Shown: positions 13,039 to 26,351 of the stretch, in pieces | Position numbering within the stretch: position 1 is the first letter of the stretch | How the letters are laid out: each line of letters starts with the position of its first letter | From: Octopus bimaculoides | Lineage: Eukaryota | Direction of reading: 5' to 3' | Length of the DNA: 64,000 bases | Assembly (NCBI RefSeq): GCF_001194135.2 | Contig: NC_068982.1 | Coordinates: 50,019,174 to 50,083,173, forward strand | The notes under the pieces: generated by a model | Told to the model about the DNA's origin: nothing | Databases searched by the model: none | Seen by the model: only the letters and a program-made list of their open reading frames with translations | Program-made: the position numbers and the translations under genes

Positions 13039-14215
13039 TCCCTCTCTCATTACTTTGTCAGTTACATTCTTTCTATTCAATCACTTTACCAACAAGACCC
13101 ATATAGCTGTTCCCTCTCTCTTTTCCATTACTCTTTCTTCTATCAATTTGGTTTACTTATGTTGCTCTTTCTTCTATCACCTTCAATTCTTCTCTCCCCA
13201 CCCAGTTGTATGAGAAGGAAACAATCAAATAAAGACAATACTAAGAAGAGGGGACTTGCAAGAGGCAATCCAAGTAGGGCATGGACAAAAGAAATGAGAA
13301 TTGCAGATCCAGTTTCCATATTCTCCACCTTGGCCTATCGCAGGATTCAATTTTGCCAACTGAGTGGATTGGAGCAACGTGAAATGTAGACTTTTGCTCA
13401 AGAACACAACACATCACCCGGTCCTGGAATCGAAACCACAATCTTACAATAATGAGTTCAACACCCTAACCACTATGCCACGTGCCTCCACATTTAACAG
13501 AGACAAGAGTAATCTGAATGCTGACGGGTTAAATATAAACAGTTTGAAACTAATAGCTTTGTTTCAAAGAACAGGAAGCAATCGAAATTGGTTTGGTATC
13601 AGAGTGAGTTAAAGAAATCATAAAGTTATCATACATACACACAAACTCTCTCTTAATTTCAGTCTCTTAGCATTTTGTTTCATTTAAACACATCCAATCT
13701 TCAAATTTCTCAGTCACTAATTAAAATGATGCCTTCACACAGTAATAACAGTTGCACATTAAACTCGACAAAGTTTGTTTATTTCAGAACTAATCCAAAA
13801 ATGTAGATTGACTTACAAATACAGAAGGAGATTGAAACAAAACAATGAATAAAGAGAAAATGTCTTACTGCTTAAATATTTCATAGAAGAGCTTGGGGGC
13901 CTAATCAGGGAGACTGACTATTGATTCGTTAGATTTTTTAGTTTGTGCAGACCTGATGAGTATTGCTTCTGTTAATTTGCACTGAGTTTAAACTAATTTA
14001 CTAAGTTTTGCAGAAATTTGTTCATTTTGAAATGAATGACTAGAAGATTGAACCTTCCTAAATTTAGGAAATGAAAGAAAGCAAAAAATAAAGCAGAACA
14101 GTTAAATTTACTTTCTTAATTAGTTACATTACTTTGTTGACTGCAGTCACAGAACTATAGCTAGGGCACCACCTTTAAAGGTTTAGTCAGTCACATCAAT
14201 TGCAGTACTTAGTAA

Positions 14216-14712
14216 AGGTAAAGTTACCTTCTCGAGTCATATCGACTCGTAAGGGTCAGTTTCTCGGTTTCATGGTGTATATATTCCCCACCTGGCTGGG
14301 ACACCAGTCCATCACAGGATTACTCATTTTTGCCAGCTGAGTGGACTGAAGCAACGTGAAATGAAGGGTTTTGCTCAAGAACATGTGTCACCAGGTCCAG
14401 GAATCGAAACCACAATCTTACAATTATGAGTCCAACACCCTAACCACTAAGCCTGCACCTCTACAAAGTTTCCTTCTCAAGTCATACTGATTCATAAGGG
14501 CCAGTTTTCCAGTTTCATGGCATATATATCCCACACCCGGATGGGACGCTAGTCCATTGCCGGATTACTCATTTTTGCCAGCTGAGTAAACTGGAGCAAT
14601 GTGAAATGAAGTGTTTTGCTCAAGAACACAACATATCACCTAGTCTAGGAATCAAAATCACAACCTTACAATCATGAGTCCAATACCTTAATCACTGAGC
14701 CATACACCTCCA
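14216..14712 (-). mobile_element. Tandem dimer of tRNA-derived SINE family D
   Basis: Two consecutive units of about 248 bp (GGCTTAGTGGTTAGGGTGTTGGACTCAT...GGTTTCGATTCC head). Other copies at about 3545-3800, 4905-5100, 13320-13492, 23470-23745, 33640-33935 and 59540-59810. Confidence 0.88.
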
Positions 14713-17700
14713 CCAGTACTTAGCCTGGTACCTATTCTATCATAAAGGAAATAATTCAGTTGAACCTAAACACTGCATGGGAGTTTTTTTTTGTTTTTTT
14801 TTTCTTTAATGTACCAACTTTTATTCACTGCTGTACTATTTCTAAGGATTTTTAATTAGATACCGTAATACATTTGGTGAATGGGAAATGATCAAACTGA
14901 CCAAAATATTTGCCCTATACTTATTTTATCAACAACCCTAGAAGGGAACATGATTTCAAATTTGAAGAAAAGGAACAGATGATAATATTGACCTCAGGAT
15001 GTAACTGGTGCTTTATTTTATCAACCCCTGAAGAATGGAAAGCAGGATTTGAACTCTGAATGCAGAAAGTTAGAAGTAAAGCAAGGCATTGAATTTCCAA
15101 TGGACCCCACACTTTTAAAGATCTGTCTACTTAATAAACTAAATATATATAACTGAATAATTATCTTTTTATCTTTTTTTTTTATCTTATACTTTTTCAG
15201 TCATTAGACTGTGATCAAGCTGGAGCATCACACTAAAGAATTTCAGCCAAATGAAATGACTCCAGGACTTATTTTTTTTAAACTTGGTACTTATTCAGCT
15301 GGTTTCTTTTGCCAAACCACTGAGTTATGGGGATGTAAATACACTAACACTGATAGTCAAGCAATGGTGGGGGACAAACACAGACACAAACACACACACA
15401 TCTGACAGGCTTCTTTTAGTTTCTATCTACCAGATTTACTCACAAGGTTTCAGTTAGTCTGAGGCTATAATAGAAAACACTTGTCCAAGGTGCCACACTG
15501 TGTGACTGAACCTGGGACCATGTGGTTGGAAAGCAAACTTCTTACCACACAGCCCCACCTGCACCTATATATGACTGATTAATTACAAACTTTACACTGC
15601 AGTCTTTTAAAAATTTGAGCACACTCACAAACATTGCTGTACCACCTGCATGGAGCTCCCCAAGTTGGGAATCGCTGGTCTAAAGTACCTAGTCCACTTT
15701 AGATGGAGACATAGAGGAGAAACTCAAAACTTGGTTCTGTTCCAAAAAGCTTTATCTCAGTCAGTAATGCCATTTAAACTGAAATCAATTTCATTCAAGT
15801 GGAACTAAAAGCAAGAACTGTACACTAAGTACTCAGTAGTAAAAGTCACAGTTTAGATTCTCCCATCTTAAGACATCTGAAGTCCCAGAAATCCAAAATA
15901 CTGTTCAATATTGATTAACTAATATACTAATTTCCCTGCGGAATATGTTTGGGGGGCAAATTAGCTACATAATGTTTAACATTATAATTACAACCTTCAA
16001 TCGAAATTTCTATGTAGTAAGTAAGAAAGCAACAATGCCAAAAATCAATTGCTGGTTTTCTTTCAACTTATCAAAAACAAAAAAAAAACCAAGTAATTCA
16101 CATTGAAAGGTTTTATAAACTACTTCAAAAGCATAAACATGTTGTTTTGTACAGCCCTAGGTCAGTGCTGATCAAGCAGACTAAATAAAAATAATTTATT
16201 ATTATTATTGTAGTGACATTCTTCTGAAGAAATCTTCCAAAAATTGGAAATTGAGAATATTAATTCAATAAGGCAGTTTCAAAGAGATGCGCAGTATACT
16301 GACCCTAAGTCGATAATCTAATTTATTCCATTATTGTGAAAATATGGCTTCTATAGGAGTAATTCAGTTCTAACTCTTCAACAGTGAGTGTAATCCGTGA
16401 ATCCCTGTTTCACTATTACTGTTTCATATTAAAGTTCCACTTTATAAAAAAAAATAACCTTGTTAATTATATTAATATGTTAATTATGTTTAAAATGTTC
16501 TGTTAAATATACATATATGACGGAACTGTCAGCACGAACATTTTCAGTTAATTAAAAAAAAAGAATGACAAATTTCAGCTTTTGCTACACAAAAGTCAAT
16601 ATGCTGTGTGTGTGTGTGTGTGTGTGTGTTTGTGTATATATATATATAAATACACACAAACACATATGCACTAACAAACATTTATATATTTGCAAGTTCA
16701 TGAGAACTCAAATTTAATTAAAATTTGTTAAGGCTTTTAAGATGTTAACTATGTGAATCTCTAATTACAATAGCTAAAAAGAATTGCTACAGAATCTATT
16801 TTACAATCCTGCAGAAATTTCATTTTTCATTTTAGAAATTCATTTTTCCTTAAGTTTAAAATTAAATAAATTTCACATATGAGTCACAAAGAATCTCTAG
16901 ATTTTACAATTTAACATGTTATGCATAAAAAAAAAGTACTCAGAAGGTAGTGCCCCGGCATGACCGCAGTCCAATGACCGAAATAAGTAAAAGATAAACA
17001 GTTTGGGTATTGGTTCTTAATGGGTCTTTTTAATTATTTATTTAATTAATAAATGCTCAGTAGTCTGTAGCTCAGACCAGACTGAAAAACAGTTATATAT
17101 GAGCCAAAACAATTGTTCAAGATGCAAGAAACTGAAGTCAAATTGCACACAAATCACACTTCACTGATTTAAAAACATACAAAGGAAACATTCAGAAATG
17201 AATTCATAGATACACCATCTGAATAAAAGACAGCATTGTAGCAATACTTTTGATCATAGATTTCCTTTATTAGAAATGATTTAAGGTTAAACAACAACAA
17301 CATGACTAATTTGATGAGCCTAAGCCATGGTTGAGTAGAGCTGACACTTGCTATAAATTATTGTCAGAGGTCAACTTTATCAGCTGCATGAGGCTAATTC
17401 TAAGTGTCAACAGCAAGAAACTATGAATATCTGGACTAAATGCCATAGTCAAATGACAACATTAAGGTTAGAAACTTATCACAAAATATCTATAACTATT
17501 GACTGATATTCTTTTACTTAAATCTTATTTATTTTTAGTTCTTTTGGGGGTTTTCTGTTTTGTAGCGTGTAGGAGAGTATTTTTGTCACATCACTCAATC
17601 AGAACATTTGGCATGGAAGAGTTGTATTGGTCCAGGCAAGTCACCTGACTGGATGACCACGCTGACCTTTGCATCAGCCCACTAACTCACAGGTATGCTT

Positions 17701-18949
17701 TTCTTCTTTCATCAATACTGAGTTTCATTTGCCAAATATCACACTAAACACTTTACTTCCCTTCAGAAATTTTCCCCTTTGGAATTCTGTTCTAGTTCAA
17801 GTTTTTCCTAGAAGCCTCAACCAGCAGAACTTCAAGCAGAATATCAAATAAATTGAACCCTCTTACGAATTTAACTAATTAATTAGAGAAAAAAAAAAAC
17901 AACAAAAGAGTTGTTTTAAATAATCATAATTTTAATTCTCTCGTTTTGTGAGATCAACTTGAAATGAGATGCTTCAAAATAAGTATTAACTTATGAATAT
18001 TCTCTTTTTAGTAATCAGAATCATTAACACTTTATACTTTGTCATCTACACTGGTTTCAAATGTCGGCACAAGGCCAGCACTTACAGTGAAGCATGTAAG
18101 TCGATTACTGGTACTTATTTTATTGACTCCAAAAGGCTGAAAGGCAAAATTGACCTTGGCAGAATTTGAACTTAGAACATGAAAATGGACGAAATACCAC
18201 TAAGCATTTTGCCTAGAGTGCTAACAATTCTGCCAACTCACCACCTTAACTTTGTCACCTACATTAATCCAATTTCCTTGAGTATTCTGTGCAGGTAGGT
18301 ATTCAACAGGAATCCTCACTCCCCATTTATTCATTAAAGTTTTTGAGGTTATAACCTAAAGTACAAAATTAGTTGTCTTTCAGAGCTTTTATGTGAGTTT
18401 CAGACAGCAAAATCCGTCAATGAGTCACAAAAAGAGGTGACACTGCATAAGACATGTCTTATCAAGAAGCAGGCCATACAACTAAAAAAATTCAAGGTAG
18501 TTTTTTGTTAGGCATATTATTCAGAAAGTCCTGTGGGTTACAGTTTGTCTATGATTGATGTATAGGAAAATTAGTTGAGTATGATCTATTGGAAGTGCAA
18601 TAAAATTCAAATTCTATGAAAGGCAAAAGGCCATTAGTGAGTAACAGAGAATAAATGCCAAAAAGATTTGGTTTTATGAAAACCACAATGGTAGCCACTA
18701 AGAAGTGAGAGAGATTCAAGCATCAGAGAATGTTGTTAACAGTTATCACTATCACTTATGAAATCTTGGAAGCAACTGTGTTTGGATGGTAGATGGGAGG
18801 ATTAAGGGAGTTGCCCTTCTTTGGCATGGTATACACATTTGCAAAATGTAAGAATAACATTTCTGTAAAGAAAGAGAGATTGAAGAGCTTTGGTGAAGAT
18901 AGGGATTAGCTATGGTGTGCATTGCTTGATAGTAGAAGAATTCGTTGCT

Positions 18950-19023
18950 GGACAGTTTAGTTTAATGGTAAAACACTTGACGCGTAATCACAGAGATGTG
19001 AGTTTGAGTCTCATGGCTGGCCA
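18950..19023 (+). pseudogene. Decayed tRNA-like gene, nominal anticodon CGT (Thr)
   Basis: Cloverleaf: acceptor GACAGTT/GGCTGGC (1 mismatch), D-stem GTTT/AAAC, anticodon stem CTTGA/TCA(C)AG with a 1-nt insertion, loop CG-CGT-AA, T-stem GTGAG/CTCAT with loop TTTGAGT. A T5 run follows at 19032-19036. Confidence 0.6.
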
Positions 19024-19039
19024 GTAGCGTATTTTTCTG

Positions 19040-19914
19040 CAATAAATGGATAATTTATCCTGATCACACTATTTATAGCATTATCACGCGTCTGAGAAAT
19101 AAATTTATTCTCAACGCTTCTAAAAAAGAACAAACTTTGTTTGTTTACTTTCATCATAAAGTTGGAAAGGATATTGTCAGAGCTGCAGGCCAAGTTGTTG
19201 GAAATGACCAGAGGTACTTTCAGACTCAGTGTGTATGTGAAGTGCAAATGGATAGATTTAGAAGAAATTTACTGCGCGTTGCAGTGGGAAGTTAGATGCA
19301 AAGCAACACATGTAAAGGCATTCTCCATGAAAATACTGCTCGCAGAACCTGATCTAAAAGCTAGTAACAGAGAAAATTCCACAAAAGGTATTCATCAACA
19401 ATGAAGTGGTGTTAAACTGGGTGACATTATGTACCTTCCAACCCTTCAAAACAATAAGATGCATGAACTCTTTACATCAATGATTCCCAACAAGGGGCAT
19501 ATGTCCTACTGATGGAGCCTAGGAAAATTGTAGTGGAGTGTGGGGGCCAAATTTTTTTTATTTAGTGTGACATGGAATTGTGAAATTCTTTTTTCTCAAC
19601 AAACACACTACACCTCTACTAGGCATAGTCAAATCAATCCCTCCAGCCAAGCATATTGTGTGAAGACTGTTTGCTACAGTATAGAGCTATTCTGCTTGCC
19701 CTAGTGTGAATATATTTCTTTAAGGAAAGTATATAATTATGAGAAGTTGATACTCAGTACTTAATAAAAGAGTTACCTGTAGATTATTTTTGTATGAAAT
19801 AATTGATAGAATATTAAAAATAAAGCTGGGTTTTTTTTCCCCAAGCATTGGTGGAGCATACATTTTCCTAAAAAGTTATAGTGGGGCATGGGGAAAATAG
19901 GTTGGGAAACACTG
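19040..19914 (+). mobile_element. Highly decayed hAT (Charlie/Buster-like) element
   Basis: Right end ...GTTGGGAAACACTG (reverse complement CAGTGTTTCCCAAC). Weak HCxxH-ALASK-like remnants near 19065-19125. Left end not found. Confidence 0.4.
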
Positions 19915-21761
19915 CTTTACATCATATATATATATATATATTCATAAACAGGAGTTACACCACAGTTATTTTGTGATCTTTGCTACCCTGGTATCTATTA
20001 ACTAATTTATTTTATCCAAGTTATTTATTACTAGGAGGAAATAAATACATATAATAAAATATATATATATATATATATGACAGAAAACATTAGATAACTG
20101 GAAGTAAATAATGTGTACATACATATGCACACAAATACAGATATACACACATGAACATCATTATTGCTTAATGTCCTGTGTTCCATGCTTGCAAAAGTCA
20201 GACATAGTTTATTGAGGCAGATGCTCTATGGGTAGGTGCCCTTCCTATCACCAACCTTCACCTGTTTCCATTGTCAGATGTGTTTTTACAGAATACTGGA
20301 AATGAATGACATGGTTCATATGACAGAGACATTCTTTTAAAAACTATCAGAAGGTGTTAAGACAAGAAGATACAAACAAACGCACACATACACATCCTTC
20401 AATTTCAGCTTACCAAATCCACACACAAGGCTTTTGCCTAGGGTGCTATGCAATGGGATTGATCTTGATATGTGGCTACAAAACAAAATTTTTAATAACA
20501 TAGCCATGTCTGTGCACACACATACATATATATATACCACATATACCCATATATGGATCCATTACTTTATGATTATATAGATATACACACAAATACACAT
20601 GTGAGTGAGTGTGTATATAATTATATATATGTAAATATATATATGTATGTATGTATACACACACAATCTCACAGACCACTACACATTTTTTAAAGAAGAA
20701 AACACAAGAGAAAAAGAAACAATATTATCACTGAAACACTATCTATCAAAAAGCACAACCACCAACACTCTATACACAATCAAATATGTCCAGATCTGCT
20801 GCAGATGTTCAGTTACAAGATTTGGTAAACATTAAGACAGTTCTTTGATTTTGGTTTGTTTGTTTGGTTTCTTTTATGTCTTCTTTCCCCCCACCCAATT
20901 TCTCTAAGTTCATGTACTGGCAACAGTAACAACAGAAATAAAAAAAATTAATAATAACAATATTAAAAAAAAACAACAAATGCCTGGAGACTTCAAACAA
21001 GATATTGAAGATAACAGTAGCGGGAGAAGAGAGAGAGAGAGCAGATGGCGACTGTAACAGTTAATGTCTGAAACGTGGATCAGGCAAAGCTGTGTGGTTA
21101 AGCTCGCCTTGCAACCACATGGTTTCGGGTTCAGTCCCACAACTCAGTACTTCAGGGAAGTGTCTTTTACTACAACCTCAGGTCAACCAATGCTTTGTGA
21201 CTGAATTTGCTAGACAGAAACTGTGTGGAAGCCCATCAGACCCTCTGGCTAATAAATGCGGAGTATTTAGTGACCTTCCGTATCTGTTTTCCATTTGTTT
21301 GTGCATTTATTGTTTTTTAACTTATTAATTAATGGAACACTACACACCTTCAATTTTATATATATATATATATATATATAAAGTATTGGTATCTAGAAGA
21401 TCCAAAGAGTGGCAGGTAACACTAAGTGCTATGGACAGACCGTAGTTAAACTCTTGGTTCAATAGTCATAAGAGTGATGAGTTTAATGTGGGTCTTGTAT
21501 TAGAATACATATANNNNNNNNNNNNNNNNNNNNNNNNNNNNNNNNNNNNNNNNNNNNNNNNNNNNNNNNNNNNNNNNTAAGCAGTAGTGGAGCAATAAAG
21601 TTGTAGTATATTGTCAACTTAATGTGACAATCCCAATAAGGGAACACACTACTGCCGTTTAGCCCTAGGAAGCTGGACCGCTTCCTGTCGGCCTTGACAC
21701 AATTACTGTGTCCTTAAGTTTGCGAAGGGGAGACAAGCTCCCCCACCCAGCCTAGCCAGCA

Positions 21762-21804
21762 TTCAGGGACATCTTTCCGAGTCTTTGCTCGTCATCAGCC
21801 TGAA
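21762..21804 (-). ncRNA. Type I hammerhead-ribozyme-like motif (probably degenerate)
   Basis: 5'-TTCAGG CTGATGA CGAG-CAAAGA-CTCG GAAA GAT GTC CCTGAA-3': intact CUGAUGA/GAAA/GUC core, 6-bp stem I, 4-bp stem II, minimal stem III. Confidence 0.55.
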
Positions 21805-22063
21805 GTAGCTTGCCAGCTGGATAGAGAAGCCTGTTTCGCCTTCGCAAACTTATGTAAATCATAGTGAAGTTCATTCACTAATCAGCAAAATTAGAAATAT
21901 AATATTTCTAAATCTCTCAGAGAGATTTAAGGCGAAACAGGCTTCTCTAAATAAGGAATTATTGTGGAAGATTATAATTTTGTTTGGTTAGGACAAGCAA
22001 ACTACTAAATAACAACCAGACTTTAAATGCTGGAGCAAAGTGTAGAATTAAAGACGCAATGCA

Positions 22064-22199
22064 AAATGGGCCACAGCACATCAGGCAACTTGCCTTGAAT
22101 TCTAACTGTGACCATTCAAAATCACATGACCAAATATCACAGCTAGAATATGATTGGTTAGAAATCCTGACAAGTTGCCTGATGTGCTGTGGCCTATTT
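22064..22199. repeat. Fold-back element (putative MITE)
   Basis: Perfect 24-bp IR at 22069-22092 / 22171-22194, with imperfect inner and outer extensions. Confidence 0.7.
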
Positions 22200-23767
22200 C
22201 TAATTACTGAGCTATCACAGTTTCAATTTTACACCTTGCTACAAGGTAATTAATACAAGATGAATTCCTACTTTCATATCCCTGAATATTACACCCCACT
22301 CAGCTGAAGAGGTCTCATTTTGTGGGTACTTAGTGAACCTCACTAATGCTGGTGACACAAATAAAGCACCTAAGACAATGTGAAGTCATTGGCATTTGGA
22401 AAGGCATCCAGCTGTAGAAACCATGCCAAAGTAGACATTGGTGAAATGTCCAACTCATGCCAGCATGGAAAAAGGATGTTAAATGACAATAATGATGAAC
22501 TCTGTTGCTTAGTAATAATTACAACTTTTGAAAGTTGAAGGAACATTAGTACTCAATTGTATCTTACAAAATTTGTGAGAGCTCTTACCTACCAGAAATT
22601 CTGAGAGAAAGGGCTAAAGTTGATAAAAGGTGACTAAATCAAATTCAGGAATAGCTCCCAATATTTAACAAATGGGTTTCCACATGGTTGCTCAACTTGC
22701 TACAAATAACAACCAGATTTGTCTCATCTCAGATTCCATCATCTTCAAGAAAAGGAAGGAAGGAATCACTGCAAAGGTTAGTGCTAGATATATTAATTGT
22801 ATCATTGTAGCCATAAGACTATCAAATATTGTTACATGCCACTAGTCACAGTGCACTTTCTTGCACTGTTGTTACTTTCGAATTATGCCACCTTGCCAGC
22901 TAAGTGGGCAAGCTTATGGTGTGTAAGTGTCTGAGATCATGACATTACCCCAAGAGAATTGGAGCAATGCGAAATGAAGCGTTTTACTCAAGAACACAAA
23001 ACACTGCCTGGTCTGGCATTTGAAATCACAATCTTGCAATCATAGTGCAACACCCTAACCCCACACCTGCATACTAAATTTATTATGCCCCTCAAAATAA
23101 AGAAGAAGAGTGTTGGTTGCAGCTGGAATGTCACTCACCTTGAGTCTGCTCCATCATTGTTGATCAAAACTAAAATAACGTTAGATTCATTAAAAATATG
23201 GCTGTGTGGTTAAGAAGCTTGTTTTACAACCATGGTTTTTAGGTTCAGAACCACTCGTGACATCTTGGGCAAGTGTCTTTTACTATAGTTCCAAGCTGAC
23301 CAATGATGCATGAGTAGATTTATTACACAAAACTGTGAAGAAGTTTGCTGTGAGTATCTGTATGTATCTGTATGTATCTGTATGTGCATATATGCTTGTG
23401 TGTTTGTGCTGGTGTCATGTTAAGAGCACTGGTGCTGTTGTCATAAAATGCACCCAGTACAATTCCCAGACCAGGCTGTGTGTTGTGTTCTTGGGCAAGA
23501 CACTTTATTTCATGTTACTCTAGTTCACTAAGCTGTAGGAATCAGTTGTGATGTCACTAGTGCCAAGTTGTATCAACCTTTGCCTTTCCCTTGGACAACA
23601 TTAGTGGCATGGAGACGAGGTTGATTATGCATGGGCAACTGCTGGTCTTCCATAAACAACCTTGCCCGGACTTGTGCCTAGGAGAGGAACTTTCTAGGTG
23701 CAATCCTATGGTCATTCATGACCAAAAGGAGGGTCTTTACCCAGATATACGTAAATATATATATATA

Positions 23768-24676
23768 TTGGGTCATCCCATAAATAATGTGGGTTTTTTT
23801 ATGCTTCTTTTATTTTTCAAAATTAAGATAAAGTTCTTTTTTAATCTAAAATATACTCTCCTTCATTGTCTACAATGCTCTTCCATCTATCTGGTAGACT
23901 TGCAAGGCCCCTATTTCAAAATTCACTTGTCTGTGATGTAAAATACACCTCCAGTGTTGTTCTGGCTTTGTCTACAGAATTCATATTTTTTCCATCCAAA
24001 TGATTTTGAAGACTATGGAATAAATGATAATCAGATGGGGCAATGTCCAGCCTTTGGACTGTCACACTTGCTGTATGTAGCTGGGCATTATCCTGATGGA
24101 AGAATATCTTTCATCTTGAAACCAAAGATAGTCATTTTTCTTCTAATGTTGATTTAAGCTGCTTGAGTTGCTTGCTGTAGATCTCCTTTGTTATCGTTTG
24201 GTTTGCGCTTAAAAGTTCAAAGTGGACTGAATCTTTCATATCCCACCAAGCAGATAACAACACCTTACGTAGGTGAAGACCTTCTTTAGCCTGGGGTGCC
24301 AGTGTTTCTCCTTTCCCTTTCCTCCTTTCTTCAGCGCTTGACATTTTTAAAGAACACATTTCTCATCACTATTTGGTCCAAAAAAAGGCTCATCCGTGAG
24401 ACATTACAGCAAGGAAGAGAACACATTCACTCTCTGCATATGATTAGACTCAGAAAGTTTGTGAGGAACCCATTGTCCCAATTTGTTGACTTTTCTGATG
24501 GCACACATGTGTCAATGAATGGTTGAATGACCAAATCCAAGCTTCTCTGCTAGTTCGTCAAGTTACAATGGGATTTTGTTCCACCAGAATTTACAGGATG
24601 TCCTCGTCGAGCTCTACAGATCTTCCTAGGATGAGGCTCATCTACTAGGCTGTAGTTTCCAGCTCGGAATTTCTGG
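23768..24676 (-). mobile_element. Mariner transposon remnant
   Basis: Minus-strand translation gives GQWVPHKL, KVLLSAWWDMKDSVHFELL, FFHQDNAQLH and APSDYHLFHSLQNHLDGK, with stops and frameshifts. Terminal sequence TA|TTGGGTCATCCCATAAATAATG at 23768. Confidence 0.9.
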
Positions 24677-26167
24677 AACCACCATTGACACTGGCTTATC
24701 CCTATATACTGCATGACTTATGCCTAGGAGGGGAACTTTCTAGGTGTAATTCCATGGTCATTCATGAGCAAAGGGAGGGTCTTTACCCAGATATACATAA
24801 ATATTTATATATATTGGGTCATCCCATAAATAATGGAGATGAGAGGCTGATTATGCATGGGCGACTGCTGGTCTTCTATAAACAACCTTGCCTGGACTTG
24901 TGCCTCGGAGAACTTTCTAGGTACAGTCCCATGGTCATTCATGACTAAAGGGGGTCCTAGACACTCTGTGGAGTGGTTGGTGTTAGGAAGGACATCCAGC
25001 CCATGGCCATACAATCTCCTGTCAAAGTGTCCAACCCAAGCCAGCATATGGACATTAAATGATGATGATGACGATGATAATTATGTGAGTGTTGTCCCCA
25101 CAACCACTTGACAACCATTGTTTGTTTGTTTACATCTCCCTAACAAAAGCAGTTCAGTAATAAATTTTTTTTTTAAGCTGATAGAATAAGTACAAGACTT
25201 TAACAAAAAATAAGTACTGGGATTAATTTCTTCGACTAAAACCTTTCAAAGCATTGCTCCAGCATGGCCACAGTGTAATGACTGAAATAAGTATAAGATA
25301 ACAGACTGTTACTCATCAAGCCATGCATGGCCTGAAAGCTCTCATGTTCAATCTCATCTCTTGCTGTAAGCATTTCAACCACATTTATCAAATCATACTA
25401 TTTACTACTTGTCAATACAGACAGTTCTGCAAAATGAATTTCCTCGAACAAGGTGTGCCCATGGCTGTGTGGTAAGAAGTTTGCTTCCCAACCACAAGGT
25501 TCTGGGTTCAGCTCCATTGCATGGCAGTCATCTATCATATGTGTGTGTGTGTGTGTGTATACACATACACACACATAATTCTCGATCAGCATTTTTTGGA
25601 TGATTATGGTCCCTGTTCGTGTATATGTTTTCATTTGTGTGCTTTAACTACAGGTTCTTACACCCTAGTCACATTTAGTGACAATTCTAATTCTCTTTCC
25701 TGGTGAAACATTGCAGCCTGCTGCTTATATTAATTTTATGTACACACATACACATATACACATACATACATACATACACACATATATACACATACATACA
25801 TACACACACACATATATACATGTATGTATGCAGGTGTGTGTGTTACAGTAACCTTGATTTCACTTAATGTGACAGCTGTAAATAAATACCATCATTAATC
25901 AAATGGTGTTCTTTCTTTCCATTCTGGTCATGGGGTATTATTAGCTCACTTGGAAACAACAGGTGTAGGTGGGTGACAGGAAGGGTACCCAGCTGTATAA
26001 AATCCACCTCAACCAAAATCCTATCTAACCTATTCAAGTATAGAAAAGTGGACACCAAAATGATGATGAATATGTGTTAATTTGTTATTCATTCTGATTC
26101 AAACTTAACTCTTCACCCTTCTCATCTTTGATTTAAAAGGTTGCAACTATCATGCGAACCAACTTAC

Positions 26168-26296
26168 ACTGGCCATCAGTGCCCTGCATATTTCTGAGAT
26201 GAATTTCATCAGCACCTTCTCTTCAGAATATCTTTGTCTACAGGTATTTACATGTAAACATGTAACTGCATAATCTATTCTCTTGGAAGTTATCTC
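26168..26296 (-). CDS. Unidentified gene exon (EITSKRIDYAVTCLHVNTCRQRYSEEKVLMKFISEICRALMAS)
   Basis: AGT|GTAAGT donor and 43 open codons in phase 0. The acceptor is ambiguous because several AGs follow the pyrimidine tract. Confidence 0.5.
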
Positions 26297-26351
26297 CTTT
26301 CACCTTACTAACTTTAAAATCAGGAAAATAAAGTCTTGTATCAAAATCTCA

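Noticed and set aside
13869-14057. 189-nt minus-strand segment with AG/GT boundaries as an internal exon
   Set aside because: All three frames contain stops. It is kept only as a weak terminal-exon candidate.
19008-19295. 95-codon ATG-less open frame
   Set aside because: It has no splice signals or start and is better explained as decayed hAT transposase DNA.
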